64,000 nucleotides of DNA, taken from contig NC_057718.1 in NCBI RefSeq assembly GCF_004010195.1, forward strand, positions 27,973,974 to 28,037,973, read 5' to 3'. How positions within the stretch are numbered: position 1 is the stretch's first letter; each line of letters begins with the position of its first letter. The notes under the pieces were generated by a model that was not told where the DNA came from, ran no database searches, and was given only the letters and a program-made list of their open reading frames with translations. This document shows, piece by piece, positions 25,127-37,700 of this stretch. The position numbers were made by a program, and so were the translations under genes. This stretch comes from Chiloscyllium plagiosum. Its lineage: Eukaryota.

Positions 25127-26436
25127 TGTCGTCCTGTTTTCTCCCCTCAGTTGAAGCAAAATACTCAGACAGTAGTTTTACCACCTTCATTTTTATTCCG
25201 GGTCGTGGAGGGAGAGAGAACAATCGTTCATGTGCAGAGACATGAGTTCTCGGTCTTCTCTCTCGAACAGCAGTTTATGAATTAATTATATAATCATTTT
25301 GATTAGATTAGATTAGATTACTTTGTGTGGAAACAGGCCCTTTGGCCCAACAAGTCCACACCGACCCTCCGAAGCGTAACCCACCCAGACCCATTCCCCT
25401 ACCCTAACACTACGGGCAGTTTAGCGTGGCCAATTGACCTAACCTGCACATTTTTGGATTGTGGGAGGAAACCGGAGCACCCGATGGAAACCCACACAAA
25501 CACTGGGAGAACGTGCAAACTCCACACAGAGTGTCACCGGAGGCGGGAATTGAACCCGGGTCTCTGATGCTGTGAGGCAGCAGTGCTAACCACTGTGCCA
25601 CCATGCTGTCCCAACATGGTGAAGGATTCTGATATTCATGTTGCAAAAAAGATTTACGAAAAAAAGGGTAAGAGCTAAAACAAAAGATTCACAAAGATGG
25701 TAAAGCCAAGATACAGATATTGGGGAATACCATTCATATGAGGGAGTCTTCTTTAGGACAGGAGGATGAGAAGTACTTAACAGAGCAGGTTAAGATTGAG
25801 ATGCTTTTTGTTCTTTCATGGATGTAGGTGCAGGTACAAGGCCAGCACCTGTTACTCATCCTCAAATACCCTGAAAGGAGGTCATTTCAGAGGGAGATTA
25901 GCAGTCAGCCTCATCGCTGCCGGTCTGGAATCAATGTAGTTCAAACCAGGATCTCCCTCCCTAAAATGCATTAGTGAATCAGATGAAGTTTTACAACAAT
26001 TGATGATAGTCTAGTTAATAACAGTCATGAAACTCTTTATAAACCCAGGTTTAATAATTGTACTTGAATTACAGGGAGGAATATCCAGATAAGGCAACAT
26101 ATTGATTGGGTGATGGTTACAATCAGCGGGTATCAATAATAGAGATTAAGCTACCTGCTGTTAAACAATGAATGTTCTTAACCTTAACTGGCTGTACATA
26201 ATGAATACTTTTCACTTTGTTAAATTGACCTTACATACTGAAAGATTTCAACATTGTTAAATGGCTGTACATAATGAATGTTTTTCCACCTTGTTAACCC
26301 ATTGCCCTGGCCTCCAGCACCCATTGTTAACTGTACATTCTTATCTGATCTGAGTCATGCTCAGCTGAACCTCTTGTTTCACAAAACTCAGAACTTAACT
26401 CTTTCCCTACCTGCTTCTACCCTATACGCGTTTACA
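25127..26436. mobile_element. Possible solo LTR of another family, with nested SINE
   Basis: ATGG|TGTCG...TTTACA|ATGG possible 4-bp TSD; internal tttatt and short direct repeats (tggctgtacataatgaat twice). Confidence 0.4.
25301..25612 (-). mobile_element. HE1-like SINE, near full length
   Basis: Minus strand ggtggcacagtggttagcactgctgcctcacagc...ccgggttcaattccc (A/B boxes) and a (tctaa)n tail. Confidence 0.9.
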
Positions 26437-26689
26437 ATGGACCCTCAAAAAGTCTCTACAAACTCTAGTTTGAAGAATTTTCAAAGTTTCAACACTAATT
26501 AGAGCTCTAATCTTTTGACAAATCTTCATATTTAAAAAAAAACTGATTGCAGCTGGGCAAGAAATTTAAAAAGCGGCTGCTCCAATCACCTGCCAGTACT
26601 ACATCCTATTCAGTATGGATTGTTGAGACAAATGCAGAAATGTAAATCGAGTGTCTAGGATTTAATAAAGTTCCTTGACAACTACAGAT

Positions 26690-26960
26690 GGGAGCTTATT
26701 TGTCACTGAAATACCACTGCCTCAGATGGAACATGGTTTATTGTGTAGGCCACGTGAAGGTCCGAGGTCGAATGTCCCGGAACGCTGAAGAGTTCTCCAA
26801 CTGGGAAGGAACACTTCTGTCTGTTGATTATTGTGCAGTTTCACCCGTTCATCTGTTTCACCAATGTCTCAGGGCATCCTTGCCTGCAATGTATGGGATA
26901 GACAACGTTGGCTGAGTTGCATGAGTACCTGCCATGTACATGGTGAGAGGTGGTGACATG
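26690..26960 (-). mobile_element. Penelope-like GIY-YIG endonuclease fragment
   Basis: Minus strand ANVVYPIHCRQGCPE resembles the Penelope EN motif. Confidence 0.6.
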
Positions 26961-27281
26961 TTGGTGTCATTCTTTCACCATGTTGAGTGATATTTGGCTT
27001 TTTCTGTTATCCCATCCAATAGTGCAAAATTCTTAATCAAAGAAAAAAAGTAAGCTTAATAACACCAGAGCATTCTTAAGTGTCTGATAACTCTTTCAGC
27101 CACAAATTCTTATGTAGGGTGTAGATTTTAATTTGCAAATACGGAGGCCTTGTGTTTAATGTAAAACAGTACAAAATGCTGTTCTCAATTGTGGGAGTAG
27201 AATATGGACTGAATTTGGAAATGCTAGACCTTTGTATAATTGTCGCTGCAACTGAGTTATTATCTTTTTCCCATCTCTTAG

Positions 27282-27363
27282 GGTGCTTCTACTTCAAGTT
27301 CTGAGCATTTTGGTCATAGAGCTAAGCGTGCAAGGCTGTCAGGAAAATTACAAGATCTTCCTG
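27282..27363 (+). CDS. FBXO11: FBXO11(-like) coding exon (exon 3 equivalent), 82 bp
   Basis: ttag|GGT...CTG|gtaagc; [27 protein letters not shown]. Confidence 0.95.
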
Positions 27364-28787
27364 GTAAGCAAATTCTTTATCATTAACAATTTTTTTATTT
27401 CACAAAAGGTTTAAATGTGTTTTCATCATACCTCACTTTTTTTTAATCTTATCTTTTTTGGTGAGGTTTTGTGTGAGTAGTTTTTTTTCTGTGGTCTGCA
27501 AAAAATGAAAAGAAGGAGGAAAAGCATGATCCAAGTTCAGTTGAATATTTGGCATTTTTTTTTACAGTCATGCAGAATTTCAAGCCCCTTGGCTTAATAT
27601 CTGATCTTGGCAAAAACTTGTTGGTGCATTGGTGTTATTTAGGTTATAGAATTCTGTGCCCCGAGACTCGACATGGGAACTATTAGTTGGACAGTTCATC
27701 TTCTGTTGTCCAGTTACCATTGCTGGAAAGTTGCGTGCTTGTATTCTTCTCATGTCTCGCTTAATCAAATCAGACATGGGGTCTCAAAATCCAAGCAAAT
27801 ATAAAAGCTTCAGGAAATGGGCGATTGATTCAACTCATCACTTTTGAGGGTTAACACATCTGCAATAGAAATGCAGGAAATGTTGAAGGAAACACAGTTG
27901 GAATTGGGTGCAAAGATATCTGATTTATAAATATGAATTTTATCTTATGGAACAGTTTTTCTATGTCGGGTTTGAAAAAATTGATCTTAATATATAGAAC
28001 TGTCAGTCAATGTTAGACTGTCCCAGTGTCTTCATATTCTGAAAAGTTCAGTTTAAGAAAAAATCATGTTTGGACATCGAAATCCATGAAATGGTCATTT
28101 TTTTTGGTCTTCCAAAAAAACTAGTAGTGTATGTAACTATGGAGTGTTGAGTTTAGGATACAACTAAACACCTATATCAGCTAATCAGAAACTAAGTTGG
28201 GAGCATGCATTTGCTCTATATAGCACACAGATGATTAAAGCTGTTTATGTAATGCTTTTGTTCAGTGTTATTAAACCAGAGACTTGTGGCCTACAAATCT
28301 GATTCTCTCTATTCTTTTGAGGGTTTAGTTTTTGATGGAATCCTGCAATATTTCTACTGGTCCTGTGCTCTGTTTGAAGTAAAATACATCATTTGTATCA
28401 ATTAATGCTTTGAACAGTACATTAGTAATGTAAACTGTCCTGAAGGTGGCTTTATAAATATGCAAATGAACTTAATGGAGTCAAAAAAAGTCTTTGTTCA
28501 GTTGCAATATTTTAATTACTTCCAAGTATCATAGAATGCAGATATTTTGAAGGAAGGATACATAATTGAAAATGGACTGCCATTCTGTAAGCTGTTGTTT
28601 GCCATTAACTGACAGTTTGCAAGTTGCTTTTCTTGGCTGAATAATTTCTGCCCCAGAATGCATCTCATTTGGCTTTCAGTCCAAAATGTGTTTTCAAATA
28701 AATCTATCCTGGCCTGTTTCCGATTTTGCAGAAATAAATTCCTCTTGCATTGTTTTCAATCCTAAGTTAGTGGCTTTCTAATTCTTA

Positions 28788-30595
28788 TGGAGAAAGTAAG
28801 GCCTGCAGATGCTGGAGATCAGAGTTGAAAAGTGTGGTGCTGGAAAAGCAAAGCAGGTCAGGCAGCATCCCAGGAGCAAGAGCGTCAATGTTTTGAGCAT
28901 GAGCTCTTCATCAGGAATAAAGGGGTGGCCCGATGGGGCTGAGATAAATGGGGCATGGGGGAGGAGTGATTACGAAACTGGTGAAATCACATTGAACCTA
29001 TGTGGTTGGAGGTGAGGCATTCTTTCTCCACGTGTCAGGTGGCTAGAGTTTGCCAATGGAGGACGCCCAGGACATGCATGTCCTTGGTGGAGTGGGAGGG
29101 GGAGTTAGTGTTTGGCTGTCGTAAAGATGTTTAGTGTGTATGTCCCAGAGATGTTCTCTGAAATGTTCCACAAGTTGGTCTCCTCCCTAATGTAGAGGAG
29201 ACCATATCCGGAGCAACGGACACAATAGATGACGTGTGTGTGGAAGTACAGGTAAATCTCTGTCAGATGTGGAAGGATCCTTTGGGGCCTTGGACGAAGG
29301 TAAGGGGGAAGGTGTGGACACGGGTTTTGCACTTCTTGCGGTGGCAGGAGAAGGTGCTGGGAGTGGAGAGTGGTTTGGTGGGGTCATGGACGGAACAAGG
29401 AGTTGTGGAGAGAATGATCTCTGTGGATCGCAGATAGGGGTGGGGGAGGCAAATATATCCCTGGTGGTGGGGTCTGTTTGTAGGTGGAGGATGATGCGAT
29501 TTATCCGGAGTTTGGTGTAGAAGGTGAGGACTGGAGGGGGGTTCTGTTCTTGTGATTGGAGGAGTGGGGTTCAGGGGCAGAGGTGCAGGAAGTGGAGGAG
29601 ATGCAGTGGAGGGGAATTTGGGAGGGGAATTTGTGGTCCTTCAAGGGGGAGGCCACCTGAGATGTTCTAAGGTGGAATTGGTCCTCTTAGGTGCATATGT
29701 GGCAGAGGTAGAGGAATTGCGAATAAGGAACAGGAGGTAGGTGGGAGGAGGTATAGTCCAGGTAACTGTGGGGGTTTGAAGTAGATATCAGTGTATTGCT
29801 ACCCTTTTGGTCTGGAGGAAGTGGGATGATTCGAAGGAAAAGTTAATTGAGAGTAAGGACCAATTCAGCAAATTAAATGAGTGTGTCAGTTGAAGAATAC
29901 TAGTTAGGTTGGTGGAAGAGGAAGAAACTGAAGGCTTGGAGGCCTTTGTCATGGCGGATGGATGAATACAGGAACTAGATGTCCGTGGTGAAGATGAGGC
30001 ATTGGGGGCTGGGAAACAAAAGTCATGGAGAAGGTGGAGGGTGTGGGTGGTGTCCCGAATGTATTTGGGAGGATCCTGAACCAAGGGGGAACAGGACGGT
30101 GTCAGGGTATGCAGAGATAAGTTAAGTGGGGCAGGAGCAGGCTGGGGCAGTCAGGTTTGTGAATTTTGGGTAGGAGGTCGAACTGGGCAGTACAGGGTTC
30201 CCAGACTGAGGTTGGAGGCTGTTGCTCAGAGATCTTCTGACGTGATGAGGTTGTGGATTGTCTGGTGATGGGAGGTGAAGTTGTGTTTGAGGGGCCAGTA
30301 GGAGGATGTGTCTGCAAGTTGGCACCTGACATCAGCGGTGTGGAGGTCGGTGCGTAAAACTACCAAACGTCAAACCAGCAGACAAAGTGGGCGCAGTGGT
30401 AGTTTGGCTTACCGACCTCGACACTGCTGAAGCCAGGTGCCAACTCGTAGACGACACCTCCCATTTATCTCTCAGCCCCCTTGGCCCAACCCCTCATTCC
30501 TGATGAAGAGCTCATGCTCGAAACATCAACTTTTCTGCTCCTCAGATGCTGCCTGACCGGCTGTGCTTTTTAAGCACTGCACTTTTCATTTCCGA
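28788..30595 (-). mobile_element. Penelope-like retroelement (RT plus GIY-YIG remnants) with inverted terminal repeats
   Basis: Minus strand LLPKIHKPDCP, YIRDTTHTLHLL, FLQTKRVAI, HVIYCVRCSGYGLLYI; 28790-28915 is inverted relative to 30497-30590; decayed hammerhead ctgatgaagagctcatgctcgaaacatc. Confidence 0.85.
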
Positions 30596-31104
30596 TACTT
30601 ATCCCTTTTTGTTTCATTCTCACCCAGAAGTTGAAAATATTTTCCCTCATTTCATCTATTGAACCCTTTGTTAATTTTGAAAGCTGCTTTTTTCTGTTTT
30701 TAAAAAAAACATTCCAACCTGCTTGGTACTACTTAACAGTTGAATGCTTTCCATTCTGATAACGTGTTAGGCCAGGGGTTTGTGATAGTATACCTACCAA
30801 TGTTCTCCTACTTCTCTCAAACAACAACTTCTGGAATCTGTATTTGTGCACAATCAAATGGTGGAAATCCAGAAGAGGTTGACAGCAAATCCATCCATCT
30901 GCAGAAGGTGTGTTGAGGTACAACCATCAATATAAATGGATTCCAGAAATGATTCCACTCATACTATTGGTCTCTTCGCAGGAACCCTTGATAAGTGAGG
31001 TGTAATTAGGTTTTTTTGTATCCTGCAAAATTTTTCATTACTGCTGAACATTTTTCATTGATGTGAAGAACAAGTTTATACTGGATTGAATCTCAAATTT
31101 CTTA

Positions 31105-31725
31105 ATTATAAGATGTGGGAGCAGAAGTAAGCCATTTGGCCCACTGAGTCTAGTCCCATCATTAAGTGGCTAATCTGACAGTCATAGAGATGCACCTCAA
31201 ATTCATTTACCTGCCTGTTCCCTAAAACACTTGATTCACATAATGATTAGAAATAGGTTTATTTTTGCCTTGAATATATTTAATGACTCAGCTTTGACAG
31301 CTCCCTACAGTAAAGAATTCCACAAATGTACCATTCTCCAGGAAAATAAATTCCTCCTCATTGCAGTCTTCAATGGACGACCCACTTACTCTGCAAATCT
31401 GCTGCCTGGATGTAGACTCTCCCTCAGAAGGAAATTATCTACCCTGCCAAGACTCTTAAGTATTACCTATTTCAATAAGGTCTATTTACATTCCAAATTC
31501 GTGACTACAGCACCAAATCTACTCAGCCTTTCCCCATCAGAAAATCCCTATGTACCTCTGATCGAGTCAGAGTCTGGACTGCCTCCAATACCAGTACATC
31601 TTTCCTCCGATAAAGAGCCCTCAAACTGTTCACAGTATTCCAGAAATGGTTTGACTAGACCCTTGTATAATTCTAGCAAGACCTCTCTATTTTATACTCA
31701 ATTTCCTTTGAAATAGAGGCCAACC
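31105..31725 (-). mobile_element. Old CR1 LINE 3' fragment
   Basis: aactgttcacagtattcc...tgactagacccttgtataa is the reverse of a YKxLVxPxLEYC-type motif; CR1 3' UTR. Confidence 0.65.
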
Positions 31726-32003
31726 TTGAATAAAAATGAAAAATTGCAAATGCTGGAAATCTGAAGAAAGAACACAAAGTGCAGGAGAAACCCAACAGGT
31801 CTGCCATATCTGGAGCAACCCAGGCTTGTGGTCAGCAGAATTCATGGCAAGCCACACAACCCCTTTCTTTTTCCACCTTGCCCTACAAACATCTGAACAC
31901 TAATAAAGAGTGGGTCATTCAACCTTTTGAGCCTGTTCTGCATTCACTCCAGTCATGCCTGATTTAATTTTAACCACAACTTTACATTCTGCATCAAAGA
32001 TTG

Positions 32004-32335
32004 AGGGCAGCATGGTGGCTCAGTTCTGTGTCAGGGACCCAGGTTCAATTCCAGCTTTGGGTGACTGCGTGGAGTTTGCATGTTCTTGCCGTGTGTGCGT
32101 GGGTTTATGCTGGATAAAGTGGTTTCTTCCTACAGTCCAAAGATGAGCAGGTCAGGTGGTTTGGCCCGCTGAATTGCCCTGTTGTGTCCTGGCATGTGTC
32201 GGCTAAGTAAATTAGTCATGATAAATGCAAGGTTACAGGGATATGGTGGTAGGCTAGGTCGAGGTGGGATGCTTTTGGAGGGTTGGTGTGGACTTAGTAG
32301 GCCTCTTTCCGCAATGTAGGGATTCTATGATTCTG
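32004..32335 (+). mobile_element. HE1-like SINE
   Basis: gggcagcatggtggctcag...ccaggttcaattcc...gattctatgattct. Confidence 0.8.
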
Positions 32336-33214
32336 CAATTTCTAAGATTCAGCATCCATTGCCTTTTGATAAAGGGAATTCCAAAGAGTCATGGAGACAT
32401 ATAGCACCGAAACATACCCTTCGGTCCAACTCAACCATGCTGACCAGATATCCTGACCTAATGTAGTCCCATTTGCCAGCATTTGGCCCATATCCTTCTA
32501 AACCCTTCATATTCATATACACATCCAGATGTATTTTAAATGCTGTGATTGTACCAACCTCCACCACTTCCTCTGGCAGCTTATTCCATATAGCACCACC
32601 CTCTGCATGAAAAAAATGCCCCTTTGGTCCCTTTTAAATCTTTCCCCTCTCACCCTAAAGCTGTTCTCTCTAGTTTTGGGGTCCTCACCCTGTGGAAAAG
32701 ATTGTGTATTTACCCCATTCATGCCCCTCATGATTTTAGAAACCTCTGCAAAAGTCACCCCTCAGCTTCCGATGCTCCGGGGATGCCCACAAGACAACCC
32801 TCAGCTACTGCCTCACAGTCACATGACACTCAAAACAACGCAGTGACCTGATCATCTCCAGAAACAGTGTAATGTAAATCATTCCTTAATGGCCAGGTCT
32901 GTTGCAAATTGTTTTTTTGTAACTGAAGGGTGCAGTCAGAATTTTAATTGCAATGTTCTAATTGATCCTGAATAGGTGATGATGTACATGGCTCTGAATG
33001 ACAAGGGATGACTATATAAAGTTACTCTGGCTAGGAAATGGCCATGCAAATAGTTCTGAATGGCAAGAGATGGGAATGTAAACTCCTTACATTCTACCTG
33101 TAAGACAAAGACATGCCACCCACATTCAGGACATCCAATTTCCTGCAGGTCAGCAGAGCAAATTAAGCCTTGAATATCGCATTCCCTCCTTTATCATTTA
33201 GGCACTACCAACTT

Positions 33215-34142
33215 AGAACCAAGAACAAAGAAAATTTACAGCCCAGGAACAGGCCCTTTGGCCCTCCAAGCCTGAGCCGATCCAAACGTACTGTCTAAAC
33301 CTGTCGATCAATTCCTAAGCATTTGTATCCCTCTGCTCCCCACCTACTCATGCATCTGTCCAGAAGCATCTTAAATTAATCTACTGTGCCTGCCTCTACC
33401 ACCTCTGCTGGCAACACATTCCAAACGCCCATCACCCTCTGTGTGGAGTACTTGCCGCATGTATCCACCATAAATTTTCCACCTCTCACCTTGAAAGAAT
33501 GACTTCTTGTTATTGAATCCTTCACCCTGGAAAAAGCTTGTCTCTATCCACCCTTTCTATACCCTTCATGATTTTGTAAACCTCAATCAGGTCTCCCCTC
33601 AATCTCCTTTTTTCTAGTGAAAATAAACCTAACCTATTCAACCTCTCTTCATTGCTAGCACTTTCCATACCAGGCAACATCCTCGCAAACCTTCTCTGCA
33701 CCCTCTCCAAAGCATCCACATCCTTTTGGTTCGGCCGCATTTAGAATATTTACAGTTCTGGGTGCCACATTACCAATGTCTTGTATAATTTTAACATGAC
33801 TTGCCAGCTCTTATACTCCATATCCCGTCCAATGAAGGCAAGCATACTATATGCCTTCTTGACCACTATCCACCTGTGCAGCAACCTTCAGGGTACAATG
33901 GACCTGCACTTCCAGATCTCTCTGCCCATCAACTTTTCCCAATGCTCTTCCATTCATAGTATAATTCGCTCTAGAATTAGGCTTGCCTAAATGCATCACC
34001 TCACATTTGTCTGGCTTGAAAGCCATCTGCCACTTTTCCGCCCAACTCTCCAGTCTATCTATATCCTCCTGTATTCTCTGACAGTCTCTTATGCTTTCTG
34101 CTACTCCACCAATCTTTGTGTCATCTGCAAACTTGCTGATCA
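33215..34142 (-). mobile_element. Younger CR1 LINE fragment inserted into the env tail of ERV copy 2
   Basis: LISKFADDTKIGG...WQMAFKPDKCEVMHLG and [17 protein letters not shown] sequence resumes colinearly on both sides. Confidence 0.88.
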
Positions 34143-34463
34143 GCTTATTCATAAGAACTTTACAGTCAGTACTTAAGCAAGTTATTGACACACAACATGC
34201 AGTGATTATAACAACAAAAATTACTAGTCCATGCAATAGATAGGAGAATCCTGTAGATCCTGTGTGGGGGAAAAAGTGTTCACCAGTGAAGTTCTTAAAT
34301 CCACAGTCCTTAGTGACCACTCCACCCCCTCCATGTTGAGTGGGAATGAGCCAGTTATCCAAAATTTCCTTCAATAAAGTCCAACCTGAAAACAAAATCC
34401 AGTATATCCTTGCACACCACTGCACGGAGAAATCTGAATTCTTGGATCAAGGCACTTAAATAC

Positions 34464-34790
34464 TTAACCAAACTGACGAGACTTCCATTTTTGCGGAGAT
34501 CCTTCAGATGGAGGATACCAGTGCATCGGAGTGTAAAGTGCAGCAGCTGCCGCAGCAGGGTAGGTGAACACACCATTATTTGCTGTTTCTGCTCCCTCTC
34601 TGCTGTCAAATGTAACAAAGCCAAATGGCTGTTTTGATGTTAGCTTGATCAGTGAGCCTTCATATCCCTTAAATGATTGAAAGAGAAGGTAAAGCTCGCG
34701 TGGTTTAATATCCATAGGAAGGCCACTGACCTAAAGCGTATGGACCTCCTCTTCACTGGTGTCAGCTTCTTCACTTTTCGTGCTCGTGAC
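34464..34790 (-). pseudogene. RBPMS2: Intronless RBPMS2-like cDNA, copy 2 (middle deleted, C-terminus and stop retained)
   Basis: [95 protein letters not shown]. Confidence 0.9.
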
Positions 34791-37700
34791 TGGGGATCTG
34801 ATTGGATCAAGTTGTGGAAAGTGGGTGGTGGTCCACAGGCATGCTTTACCTGTGAATGAAGAAACTTGAGAGACCATGTCAGCTGCTGAAAGTATAGTTG
34901 CATTTCCTCTCTCATTTCTTCCTTGCCAAGCTGGGTATCAGGATGAAGAGAGTTACATACACCACTGTATCTGCCTATTTCAACATTCTCCCTTGTCTTG
35001 AAGTCCATTACTCTGTTCGCTATTTATGACATTATCAAGTTTTATACAATCTACAACATTTCTGAATTGTACTGCTCAAACAATTCAGTCACTTAGAAAC
35101 AACAATCAGTGGCCCTAAAAATCAAACCCTCGGGGGAATTCCATTCAGGCTATTCAAAAATTATTTTCCTTTGACAAATTAATACTTGGCTAATGTGAAA
35201 GCTGTCAGGAGAAGTATTTTTAAAAATCCGGAACAGCAAGAAAACAACAAAATATTCTCTGTGCTTCAGCTGTTGAAGAGGCAGTTTCAGTTCAGATTCA
35301 AATATCAAATATCCATGGCAAACAAATGTGAAATATATTAAAATATGTTCTCCAAATGAAGCTTCCTAAAAAAGACAGTTGAAATTATAGTGGTTACAGG
35401 CCAGTAATTGTACAACTTTGTTACAGACGAACATTCTTTGAATTTGCAACATGAAGTGGGACAATGAATTGACAGACCTGAAAGAGTTCAGCCTAAAGTT
35501 CTAATGTTTTCTAAAATCTTAACATAACATCAAAATTAAAATTAAAATGCACCCTTCGTTTTGTTAACACTGCATTTAAAACAAAAACAGCAAAGATATT
35601 TTAACACAATACTCTCATTTGGCTAAAGCATGACCACTGACACAATTGTTTTTTGAAACAGGCATTGTAGAATTTCAAACCACTCAGGAGCTCAAGGCCC
35701 TCAATCAGTTTGTTTGAAAGGTTACATGTTTGATAATTTTAAAAAAGACCTAATGTCATATAATATTCATGTAAAAACAAAATCTGCCTCATTACATAAC
35801 TCACAAAACACATTGAATTGAGTTCCTAATTCAAAAAAGGCAAAACAGTTATGTTGAAATTTTCTGAATCAGTATTTTAACAAACCAAAATATTTAAATA
35901 TCAAGCACTTTCAGTATAGCATAATTTATATTGAAACTTCCTTTTTCCACCAAAGTGCAACCTTAATTTCAGCGTTCCTCATTTTTGTTTCGAGATCTCT
36001 TAGGCAGAGGCTAATCACCATACACTCAGGCATCCAATTTCCTGCAGTTCGTCAGAGAAAATTAACCCTATAAATCTTTTCGGAACCCTTTCAAATTTCA
36101 CAACAACCTTCCAATAGAAACGAGACAGAATTGCACACAATATTCTAAAAGTGGCCTAACCAATGTCCTGTACAGGCGCAACAACCACCCAACACCTGGA
36201 CCCAATGCACGGGCCAATAAAGGTGAGCATATCAAATGCTGCCTTCACTATCCTGATTACTGTAACTCCACTTTCAAGGAGCTATGAACCTGCACTCCAA
36301 GGTTTCTTTGTTCAGCAACACTTCCTAGGACTTTAGTATTAAGTGTATAAGTCCTGACCTGATTTGCCTTTCCAAAATGCAGCAGCTCACATTTATCTAA
36401 ATTAAACGCCATCTGCCACTCCTCAGCCCATTGGCCCATCTGATCAAGATGTATTCTGAGGTAACCTCCTTCGCTGTCCATTACATCTCCAATTTGGTGT
36501 CACCTGCAAACTTACTAACTAGATCTCTTACGCTCACATTCAAACCATTTTTATGAATGGCAAAAAGCAATGAACCCAGCACCGATCCTTGTGGCACACC
36601 ACTGGTTACAGGCCTACAGTCTGAAAAGCAACCCTCCACCACCACTCTGTCTTCTACCTTTTGAGCCAGTTCTGTATCCAAATAGCTGGTTCTCCCACTA
36701 TTGTCATCTAACCTTGCTAACTAGTCTACCATGAGGATCCTTGTCGAGCACCTTACTGCAGTCCCTATAGATCACGTCCACCACTCTCCTCATGAATCCT
36801 CTTAGTTACTTCTTCAAAAAACACAATCATTAATGAGACACAATTTCCCACGCACAAAACACTGTTGACGATCATGAACAACCTTTGTCTTTCCAAATAC
36901 ATGTAAATCCCTCCAAACAATGTCAGGCTCACAAGCCTCTAGTTTCTTCGCTTTTCCTTACCATCTTTCTTAAGGAATGGCACTACGTTACCTAACCTCC
37001 AGTTTTCTGGCACCTCATCTGTGTGGCTATTGATGGGGCCCAGCAATCACTTCCCTAGCTTCCCACAGAGTTCTAGGGTACACCTGATCAGGCCCCAGGG
37101 ATTTATCCACCTTTATGCATTTTAAGACGTCCAGCACCAACATCTCTGTAATATGGACATCTTTGAAGATGTCGCTGTTTATTTCCCAATATTCTGTATC
37201 TTGCATATCCTTCTCCACTGTAAACACAAATGCAAAACACTTGTTGAATATCTCCCCCCTCGTTTGTGGTTCCACACAATGGAGGCCTTGTTGATCTTTG
37301 AGGGAACCTATTCTCTCCCAAATTACTCTTTTGCCCTTAATGTATTTGTAGAATCTCTTCAGATTCTACTTAATCCTATTTGTCAAAACTATCTCATGTC
37401 GTCTTTTTGCCGTCCTGATTTCCTTCTTAAGTATACTCTTACTGCCTTCATACTTTTCTAAGAATTCACTCAATCCCTACTATCTATACCTGACACATGC
37501 CGCTTCCTTATTCTTGACTAAAATCTCAATTTCTCGAGTCATCCAGCATTCCCTATACCTACTGGCCTTGCCCTTCATTCTAACAGAATCAAACTGTCTC
37601 TGGACTCTTGTTATCACATTGCTGAAGGCTCCCTTTTTCCAGCCATCCCTTTACCAGCAAACATCTGTCCCCAATCAGCTTTTGAAAGTTCTTGTCTAAA

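Larger units (their letters stand above)
32785..36077 (-). mobile_element. Second, rearranged copy of the RBPMS-carrying ERV (subfamily B LTR)
   Basis: Partial 3' LTR 32785-33181 plus PPT; env tail 34143-34400 homologous to 13960-14225; RBPMS cDNA 34464-34816; LTR end remnant 36016-36077. Confidence 0.8.

Noticed and set aside
25540..25612. tRNA genes
   Set aside because: The A/B-box sequences are SINE heads joined to SINE bodies, with no complete cloverleaf
33847..34425. Longest ORF (192 aa) as a real gene
   Set aside because: Chance read-through from the ERV env tail into an inserted CR1 RT fragment
34355..34460. LSALIQEFRFLRAVVCKDILDF as an env immunosuppressive domain
   Set aside because: Only a loose resemblance with no LQNR motif; could equally be RBPMS 3' UTR
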